A DNA stretch of 64,000 nt from an uncultured Pirellulales bacterium. Its GTDB lineage: Bacteria > Planctomycetota > Phycisphaerae > Sedimentisphaerales > Anaerohalosphaeraceae. Every line of letters starts with the position of its first letter. Position 1 is the first letter of the stretch. Position numbers and translations under genes: made by a program. Location: NCBI GenBank assembly GCA_964386005.1, contig CAYLSB010000015.1, positions 2,986 to 66,985 on the forward strand. Reading direction: 5' to 3'. This document shows, piece by piece, positions 36,064 through 43,117 of the stretch. Under the pieces are notes generated by a model. It did no database searches. It was not told the DNA's origin and saw only the letters and a list, made by a program, of their open reading frames with translations.

Positions 36064-37005
36064 TTACGATTCGATCAGGGGTCGATAAAAATCCGACGGT
36101 CTGGGGCCGAGCGTGTTGGTCAGGGTGCCGAGCTTGTCAATGGTGCATTCCATCGTATCGCCGGGTTGGAGAAATCGTCCTGTGGCCATCGCGACTCCGG
36201 CCGGTGTCCCTGTGGAAATCACGTCACCGGGTTCGAGCGTCATCAAGTGGCTGATAAACGAGACGATCTGGTCAACCGTAAAGATCATCTGGGATGTATT
36301 GGCCTTCTGGCGTGTTTCGCCGTTCACCTTCAATTCCATGGTGAGATTTTGGGGATCGGGAATTTCATCCCGGGTGACCAGCCAGGGGCCGAGAGGAAGA
36401 AATCCATCGGACCATTTTCCATTGAGCCAGTCATAGAACTCATCCCAGGGTCGCGGAGTCCTTCCCGCCGAAAAAGTGACGCTGCGGGCCGAAATGTCAT
36501 TGGCGATGAGATAACCCGCGATACAAGAACGCGCATCTTCCGGGGCGATCTGGTGGGCATGACGACCGATCATAACGGCCAACTCGATCTCGTAATCCAC
36601 TTGTTCGCTGTAGGAGGGCCATGGAATCGTCGTCAGCGTTCCCGTCGCTGCGGTCGAGGGCATCAGAAACGGCCTTGGAACTGTGGTTTTATCCGGGCTG
36701 TCTGTGAGTCCAAGGGATCGGCCCGCTTCGCGAATGTGTTCGCTGTAATTTCCCGCCAGGGCAATCAACTTACCCGGCCGGGGGACCGGAGCCATGAATT
36801 TCAATTCGGCGGGATCGAGAAATTCAGCGGCTGTATAAGGCAATTCGGATATAAGATCAAGACAATTCTGGCCTCGGATGAGGATTTCTTTGACACTGTG
36901 AGGATGAAGAGACCCTTTACAGTTGGATGGAATATCGATGATCCCTCGGTCCGTTGCCAGACCGCATGAAATTCGGGGTTCCTTCATATATGATACCAAT
37001 TTCAT
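36064..37005 (-). CDS. Fumarylacetoacetate hydrolase (FAH) family protein
   Basis: Trimmed to MKLVSYMKE... after GGGAGA. FAH-family pattern: KLIALAGNYSEH, VDYEIELAVMIG, ANDISARS and GDVISTGTPAGV. Confidence 0.85.
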   Translation of the reverse strand: MKLVSYMKEPRISCGLATDRGIIDIPSNCKGSLHPHSVKEILIRGQNCLDLISELPYTAAEFLDPAELKFMAPVPRPGKLIALAGNYSEHIREAGRSLGLTDSPDKTTVPRPFLMPSTAATGTLTTIPWPSYSEQVDYEIELAVMIGRHAHQIAPEDARSCIAGYLIANDISARSVTFSAGRTPRPWDEFYDWLNGKWSDGFLPLGPWLVTRDEIPDPQNLTMELKVNGETRQKANTSQMIFTVDQIVSFISHLMTLEPGDVISTGTPAGVAMATGRFLQPGDTMECTIDKLGTLTNTLGPRPSDFYRPLIES

Positions 37006-37139
37006 GTCCACGTCTCCCGGTTGGGTTTCGTACATGATCATACCCGGATTCGATTCTGAAGGAAAGATGCTCCGGAAAAATTTCAAGATTTTTATTGCCC
37101 TCCCTGATTCCTTCGGTTAGATATCCTTTTGTTCTTTGG

Positions 37140-37360
37140 AAATGGGTGTTCGATTTCGGGTCCGGGACCGCTGGGTTTCGGATTTCAAAAGGGAATACGG
37201 TGAAATACCGTAACGGTCGCGCCGCTGTGAGCGTCCCATGTGATCCGCCTTGGCGGATGGCAAGTCCCGACGGCATGAGTCCCACTGTCCGAGTTTTTGG
37301 ATGGGAAGGGCGTCGTCGGGTAGGATGCGAGTCAGAAAACCTGCCTGAAATTGTGAGCAC
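37140..37360 (+). promoter_or_regulatory. Cobalamin (B12) riboswitch aptamer
   Basis: Core strings: AAAAGGGAAUACGGUGAAAUACCGUAACGGUCGCGCCGCUGUGAGC (37187-37232), CCCACUGUCC...GGAUGGGAAGGGCG (37281-37312) and the B12 box GAGUCAGAAAACCUGCC (37329-37345). A weak candidate promoter lies upstream: TTGCCC (37095-37100), a 17-nt spacer, then TAGATA (37118-37123). The boundaries are approximate. Confidence 0.85.
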
Positions 37361-37444
37361 AGAGATTGTTCTCGCGTGTGGAACAACGGTGCAAGTCCAT
37401 AGGCATTTCTCGGCGATCCATCGTCGCCTCGGCTTGAAATAGAA

Positions 37445-37478
37445 ACCGTCGTTCTCCTCGTGGGAACGACGGTTTTTT
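37445..37478 (+). terminator. Intrinsic terminator of the riboswitch expression platform
   Basis: A 10-bp stem ACCGTCGTTC / GAACGACGGT with a 9-nt loop, followed by TTTTTT. No plus-strand gene lies upstream, so it belongs to the leader. Confidence 0.75.
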
Positions 37479-37746
37479 ATTGGCCTTGATTACGACGTCT
37501 GCGCACGACAGGCGGACCACGAAAGGGAGGGTGTTGATCATGATGAAACAATAAGACGGAATTGAGGAATAACGAAGGTTTGGATGGATACCATCCGGGA
37601 ATCTTGTCCGAACGAAATATCCAGAAGCCATTTCTATTTCCACAAGAAGCCCGAAAGGGCTGCGGAAGGCGAGCGAGCGTTGCGGCCGAATTTCTGCCGC
37701 GGCCGTGACGCCCTCGCTGTGGGTAGAGAACAATAAGGAAAACATC

Positions 37747-38505
37747 ATGAAATACGGAATTATGATTGCAGGCATTGTATTTGTATGTTATGGACAAATG
37801 ATTGCAAGTATTGAAACAATAGCCGACTTCGACGATCTTGTATTGCCCGCTGAATCGTATTGGAACGGATCGGAGGGTTCCGGGAGCTTTGCGTGTGGCA
37901 AGGCCGTGTTCAATAACCTGTTTACCGACTGGGGAGGCGGGATTACTTCATGGGAAGGTTTCGCCTATTCCAATCGGACGGATACATCCATCACCGGATT
38001 CGACGGTCAATATACGGCCGCTGTCGGTTCCGCTCACAATGGATCGAATTATGCCGTCGGATATGCGGGTTTCACGATCGTACCGACCTTGACGTTGAAT
38101 CATCCGAGTACTCTGTCGGGATTGTATGTGAGCAACAATATGTATGTGGATTCCATTCTTCGTCAGGGCGATCCAATGTTTGGAATCGAGCCATTTTCCG
38201 ATGGGGACTGGTTTCTTCTGACGATCACCGGCAAAAATGGTTCTGGAGATGCCACAGGAATACGGCAGGTGTATCTGGCGGATTTCCGCGATGGCAAACA
38301 AACCATCCTTGGCGATTGGCAGTATGTCGATCTGTCTTGTCTGGGAATGGTGGTGTCTCTGGAATTTACATTGTCATCGTCGGATATGGCCCCGTGGGGA
38401 ATGAATACCCCGGCTTATTTTGTGATGGACACCATTCTTCCTGAACCGGCGACGATCGTATTGTTTGCGTTGGGAAGCTGGTGTTTCATCGGGCGGAAAA
38501 AGTAA
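37747..38505 (+). CDS. DUF4465-like secreted protein with a PEP-CTERM anchor (candidate B12-binding surface protein)
   Basis: Trimmed to MKYGIMIAGIVFVCYG after AAGGAAA. DUF4465-like strings: FDDLVLPAESYWNGSEGSGSF, WEGFAYSNRTD, GSNYAVGY, DWFLLTITG, VYLADFRDG, WQYVDLS, MNTPAYFVMD. It ends in LPEPATIVLFALGSWCFIGRKK. Confidence 0.75.
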   Translation: MKYGIMIAGIVFVCYGQMIASIETIADFDDLVLPAESYWNGSEGSGSFACGKAVFNNLFTDWGGGITSWEGFAYSNRTDTSITGFDGQYTAAVGSAHNGSNYAVGYAGFTIVPTLTLNHPSTLSGLYVSNNMYVDSILRQGDPMFGIEPFSDGDWFLLTITGKNGSGDATGIRQVYLADFRDGKQTILGDWQYVDLSCLGMVVSLEFTLSSSDMAPWGMNTPAYFVMDTILPEPATIVLFALGSWCFIGRKK

Positions 38506-38506
38506 T

Positions 38507-39670
38507 ATGAAGCGGACGGTTGTTCTTCTATTCCTGGGCACGGCCGTTTGGGCTGGGCCCTATAATGAACCGGGAGTGTCCGGATGGGTTGACGCGGGTT
38601 TCCATCCGGCCCCGCCGCCCGGTACGCCCGGATACCTTCGACATCCCGATCCCAACTCGATTCGTATTCATCCCGTCTATCGGGGATGGGTTACCGCGTG
38701 GTCGGATTACCAGCCCAGCGATACGGAATGGTATCCGTCATTCGGATGGGATGATCCCTCCGATGTGATCGGGCCGGCAACGGGTAACCATTTCGATATT
38801 GTCAGTCTTGGGGATTTGGATGATCAGGAACTCGCCGCGGGAAAGTCTCCGGGGCGGATCACCTTGTGTTTCGGCGATCCAAACAATCCGAATGATGAAG
38901 CGAGGATACGAAATGGTCGGGGATACGATTTTGCCGTATTTGAAAACGGTTTTTTGTCGGACTATAGTACCCCGGGTGGTTCGATTGCCGGACGAATGCT
39001 CGCGGAGCTTGCGTTTGTCGAAGTGTCCACGGACGGAATCCTCTTTGCTCGTTTTCCTTCCGTGTCGCTTACAGACGGCCCTATCGGACCGTATGGGACA
39101 ATCGATATTACCAATCTATACAATCTTGCCGGGAAACATCCCAACGCCGGGGGGCGGTGCGTCGGAACACCGTTTGACCTGGATGACCTGACTACCCACC
39201 CATTGGTTCAGGACGGCCTTGTCGATCTGAATCATATTCGGTTCGTGCGGCTGGTGGATATTCCCGGTAACGGTTCGTTTTCGGATGCCGCGACATGCCA
39301 GATGGATCCCCTTTCGTATGATCCCAATCAGGATCCCCATTACAGACCGTATGTCGCCGATCATGCTGTGTATGACGCATGGTTAACGGTCGGTTCCGGC
39401 GGCTTTGATCTGGAGGCCGTGGGTGTTTTGAATGAACAACAGTACAGCGCCGATATCGACCTGAACGGCCAGGTGGATATGGAAGATTTGGCTTCGCTGG
39501 CTTCGTCATGGAACACGAGGTTCGGTCAAGCCGGATATATTCTCCGATGCGACCTGAGCCGTCCGAGGGATTGGGTGGTGAATTTGGACGACGTATGGCT
39601 GTTTGCCGAACAGTGGTTATCCATCGAAGAATGGCGGATATCCGCAGTGCGTTCCGGAGACAAATCATGA
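38507..39670 (+). CDS. Secreted hypothetical protein with a C-terminal dockerin/EF-hand-like tag
   Basis: ATG 38507 lies 1 nt after the upstream stop. Signal peptide MKRTVVLLFLGTAVWAG. A conserved-looking core (GYDFAVFENGF, AELAFVEVSTDG, GTPFDLDDL, IRFVRLVDIPG, GGFDLEAVGV) is followed by DIDLNGQVDMEDLASLASSW. Confidence 0.6.
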   Translation: MKRTVVLLFLGTAVWAGPYNEPGVSGWVDAGFHPAPPPGTPGYLRHPDPNSIRIHPVYRGWVTAWSDYQPSDTEWYPSFGWDDPSDVIGPATGNHFDIVSLGDLDDQELAAGKSPGRITLCFGDPNNPNDEARIRNGRGYDFAVFENGFLSDYSTPGGSIAGRMLAELAFVEVSTDGILFARFPSVSLTDGPIGPYGTIDITNLYNLAGKHPNAGGRCVGTPFDLDDLTTHPLVQDGLVDLNHIRFVRLVDIPGNGSFSDAATCQMDPLSYDPNQDPHYRPYVADHAVYDAWLTVGSGGFDLEAVGVLNEQQYSADIDLNGQVDMEDLASLASSWNTRFGQAGYILRCDLSRPRDWVVNLDDVWLFAEQWLSIEEWRISAVRSGDKS

Positions 39671-40464
39671 GACGGCCTGGTTTTTCTCTGATTGAAATGG
39701 TCGTCACCATGATGCTTCTGGCGATTGTAGCGGCGCTTCTTGTTCCCGCTCTTCAGGCGGCCCGACGGCAGACGCGGAGCGTCATGTGTCGAAGCAACCT
39801 TCATCAGTTGGTGTACGCAAACATGTCTTACACGGTAGATAATGATGGTTACTATGTTCCCGCGGCCAGGGATCTGTGGGATCAGGCCGGATTGTATCGG
39901 TGGCACGGGGCTCGACGGAATTTGGAGGAACCGTTTAATCCGTTGCGAGGTCCTTTGGCGGCATATCTGGATGGCGGCCGAGTCAACGAATGTCCGGAAA
40001 AAATCCGGTTTCGGCGGGGCGGACTCTGGGAAGAGAATTTTGAGCAGGGCTGCGGCGGATACGGCTACAATATGACCTATCTGGGCAGCCGCCTGTGGGA
40101 AGGCGATCCCGATCCGGACCGCTGTTACGGGCGGACGACCCGATCAACCGAGGTGAATTCCCCAGGGCAAACGCTGATGTTCGCCGATTGTGCCCTGAGC
40201 CGCGAGGGGGGGGGCTTTATCGAATACTCCTTTGCCGAACCGCCCTATACCGTGATTCGCGGCAAGGTCATGACCGGATTCTACATGTCGCCGACGCTTC
40301 ATTTCCGTCATCAGGACCGGGCCAATATCGGATGGACCGACGGGCATATCGAATCGCGACCGATGGCTTCCGTCGAACAATACAATGTCTATGGCGTCGA
40401 TTCGGCGGCCATGTCCCTCGGGTGGTTCGATCCGGTGGATAACAGCTTGTTTGACCTGCGGTGA
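39667..40464 (+). CDS. Prepilin-type N-terminal cleavage/methylation protein of the H-X9-DG (DUF1559-like) family
   Basis: ATGA overlap with the upstream stop. MRRPG/FSLIEMVVTMMLLAIVAALLVPALQAARR is a class III signal with Glu at +5. C-terminal HQDRANIGWTDGH fits H-X9-DG. Confidence 0.8.
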   Translation: MRRPGFSLIEMVVTMMLLAIVAALLVPALQAARRQTRSVMCRSNLHQLVYANMSYTVDNDGYYVPAARDLWDQAGLYRWHGARRNLEEPFNPLRGPLAAYLDGGRVNECPEKIRFRRGGLWEENFEQGCGGYGYNMTYLGSRLWEGDPDPDRCYGRTTRSTEVNSPGQTLMFADCALSREGGGFIEYSFAEPPYTVIRGKVMTGFYMSPTLHFRHQDRANIGWTDGHIESRPMASVEQYNVYGVDSAAMSLGWFDPVDNSLFDLR

Positions 40465-40512
40465 AATATCGTGTAAGGTTCTCATGTCAAGATCACAAAA
40501 GGCGTTGGTTCG

Positions 40513-41283
40513 ATGATCGCAATCCATTCAATCCGAAATATTTTTGAACCCATCCGATGGGGTATGCGGGGAATCAATCATCTTCTCTGGCCGACAATAT
40601 GTTTCGGATGCCGACGCCGCGCCGATGAGTTGGAACGATTGCTATGTCAGGCGTGTTGGCAGGATCTCATCGCTTCCTGCGGAGGAGATTATTGTCCTGC
40701 CTGCGGACGTCAGGCGAGTCGGTTTGGTTTGATTGCCGGGCGATGCGGCGATTGCACGGGTCGGGAATTGATTTTTGACGGCATTGCGCGGGCCGGGGTC
40801 TATCAAGGAACGTTACGGCGGCTCATTCTGGCCATGAAATTTCAGGATGGCGGCGAATTGATTCTGCCTTTGAAGAACCTGTTGAACGCGGCTTTCGAAG
40901 CGGCCGTCTTCTACGATCAAATCGATTATTGGGTTCCCGTCCCGCTTCATTGGCGAAGACGGTTTTCCCGTGGTTTCAATCAGGCGCGCCTCTTGGCCGG
41001 AGCGATGAATCATCCATCTGCCAGGATCAGCGATGATCTGGTTCGTATTCGGAATACCCCGACTCAGTGGAGTCTCGATCCCGCGCAACGGAGACGGAAT
41101 GTTCGCGGAGCATTTGCCGTTCGAGACGGGCACAATTTTTCAAACAAACGGGTCTGTTTGGTCGATGATATCACTACGTCCAATGCAACAATCAATGAGT
41201 GCTCGCTGACGCTGAAGCAAGCCGGAGCGACAAAGGTCTTTGTCCTCGTTGCCGCTGTCGCCATGCAGGATCGGGACGAGTAA
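40513..41283 (+). CDS. comF: ComF family protein (phosphoribosyltransferase-like)
   Basis: N-terminal Cys pairs (CFGC...CQAC, CPACG...CGDC) and a C-terminal PRTase loop (VCLVDDITTSNATI). Confidence 0.8.
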   Translation: MIAIHSIRNIFEPIRWGMRGINHLLWPTICFGCRRRADELERLLCQACWQDLIASCGGDYCPACGRQASRFGLIAGRCGDCTGRELIFDGIARAGVYQGTLRRLILAMKFQDGGELILPLKNLLNAAFEAAVFYDQIDYWVPVPLHWRRRFSRGFNQARLLAGAMNHPSARISDDLVRIRNTPTQWSLDPAQRRRNVRGAFAVRDGHNFSNKRVCLVDDITTSNATINECSLTLKQAGATKVFVLVAAVAMQDRDE

Positions 41284-41392
41284 ATTCTTGCCGATCGTTG
41301 AACGATTCGGTTGTTCGGCGTGGCAATCCCATGCCGAAAATCTCCGTACGATCGTGTGACGATAGGATTCTCCACGGAAAGCGAATCATGAC

Positions 41393-42991
41393 ATGATACG
41401 GGGTTTTCGACAGATCGCCTCTTTGACGGCGTTGAGCCGGGTCTTCGGCATGGTGCGGGATATCGCCTTCGCTCACTATTTCGGCGCGGACTGGCTCATG
41501 ACGGCCTGGACGGTGGGTTTTAAGATTCCCAATTTGTCCCGCCGAATCTTCGGCGAAGGTGCGGCATCGGCCTCGTTGATTCCCGTCTATAGCGAACAAC
41601 TTCATCAAGATCCCCAGAAGGCCTATCGCCTGGTCGGAACGGTGATGTCCGTCTTTTTTGTTTTGCTCTCGGTTATCGCCCTGATCGGCGAGGTGATCAT
41701 TATTTTTTTCGGCGGGGTTCTGGCCGAAAAAACCGGTACGCGGATGGGCCTGGCTTTAACGGGGATCATGTTGCCCTACATGGTGATGGTCTGCCTGACG
41801 GCTATTCTTGGAGGCGTGCTCAATGTCCATCGCCATTTCGCCGCGCCTGCGGCGGCTCCCATCCTTTTAAATCTCGTTCTCATCGGCGGGCTGTTTGCCA
41901 CCGGTTCCATCTTGAAGATTCGACCCGAGACCCAGATCTATATGATTGCATTCGGCGTCCTGGTTGCCGGTGCGGCTCAGTTAGCCATCCAGATTCCACC
42001 GCTTCGGGCCAACGGCGTCCTCTTGGCGCCGGCCTGGGATATCCGATCGGAGGGTTTCAAGAAAATTCTCCTGCTCATGGGACCGATGATTCTCGGTCTT
42101 ACAGTCACGCAGATCAATACGTTATTGGATGACGTAATCGCGTTGTCCTTCATGAATGAAAAGGCCTATCCGCTCGGGTATGGTGCTCCGTCGTATTTGT
42201 ATTATGCTCAGCGAATGTATCAGTTGCCTTTGGGTGTTTTCGGGATATCGCTGGCCACGGCGATTTTCCCCGTCATGAGCGGTGAAGCCGCAAAAAAAGA
42301 TTTTGCCGCTCTCCGTTCGACGGTTTCGCGGGGATTACAGGCCGCGTTGTTTATCGCGGTTCCCGCCACAGCCGGCCTTATCCTTGTCGCACGGCCTGCG
42401 ATTGCCGTGATCTTTGAACACGGACGATTTACGCCGGGGGATACGATCGCAACAGCACGGACACTGTCCTTTTATACCCTCGGTCTGACCGGTTTTTTCG
42501 CCCAGCAAATTGTCATCCGAATTTTTTATTCCCTTCAGAATTCGAAGGTTCCCGCCTTGACGGCCGTAATCGCCGTCGTAGCCAACCTGGGTCTGAATTT
42601 GACGTTGATCTGGCCATTGGGTCCGGGAGGATTGGCCATGGCCACTTCGCTGTGTTCCTACCTGCAGGTGTTCATCCTGCTTTGGGTTCTCCGACGAAAA
42701 TATGGACTGACTTTCTGGGACGGATTGACTCCGTCGGCGATCAAGACGTTTGTGGCTTCGGCTTTCATGGTTGCCCTTGGATTGGCGATTCTCCTGGGCA
42801 CAAAGTCCTTCTTGTCGCAGGGTCGTCGCATGCACGAAATCATCCGTCTGGCGCTGGTCGTCTCTGGGTCGGGAGGGATGTATCTGGTTGTGGCATGGCT
42901 GACGAAAAATCCGATGCTTTCGCTGATCCTCTCCCGCCGAAACCGCGTTCAAACACCTCCAATTCCGAACACAGAGGAACCGGCCTCTTGA
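41393..42991 (+). CDS. murJ: Lipid II flippase MurJ/MviN
   Basis: MIRGFRQIASLTALSRVFGMVRDIAFAHYFGA... with about 14 TM segments and 532 aa. Confidence 0.9.
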   Translation: MIRGFRQIASLTALSRVFGMVRDIAFAHYFGADWLMTAWTVGFKIPNLSRRIFGEGAASASLIPVYSEQLHQDPQKAYRLVGTVMSVFFVLLSVIALIGEVIIIFFGGVLAEKTGTRMGLALTGIMLPYMVMVCLTAILGGVLNVHRHFAAPAAAPILLNLVLIGGLFATGSILKIRPETQIYMIAFGVLVAGAAQLAIQIPPLRANGVLLAPAWDIRSEGFKKILLLMGPMILGLTVTQINTLLDDVIALSFMNEKAYPLGYGAPSYLYYAQRMYQLPLGVFGISLATAIFPVMSGEAAKKDFAALRSTVSRGLQAALFIAVPATAGLILVARPAIAVIFEHGRFTPGDTIATARTLSFYTLGLTGFFAQQIVIRIFYSLQNSKVPALTAVIAVVANLGLNLTLIWPLGPGGLAMATSLCSYLQVFILLWVLRRKYGLTFWDGLTPSAIKTFVASAFMVALGLAILLGTKSFLSQGRRMHEIIRLALVVSGSGGMYLVVAWLTKNPMLSLILSRRNRVQTPPIPNTEEPAS

Positions 42992-43117
42992 GAATCCGAT
43001 AAGCGGATTCACACGGGGTTTGACGATTCCGTTTCAGGTCGATATAATCACGGCGAATAATCCCGGATCGGAATCCTTTGGATTGTGATCAGACGAAATG
43101 GTTCTCAGGGAACGCCA

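Noticed and set aside
36917-37797. Several minus-strand ORFs of 100-150 aa (36917..37360, 37332..37775, 37477..37797) and the plus-strand ORF 37095..37442
   Set aside because: They overlap the cobalamin riboswitch, its terminator and the leader. The RNA element explains the conservation-like structure, and the ORFs have no RBS or recognisable motifs.
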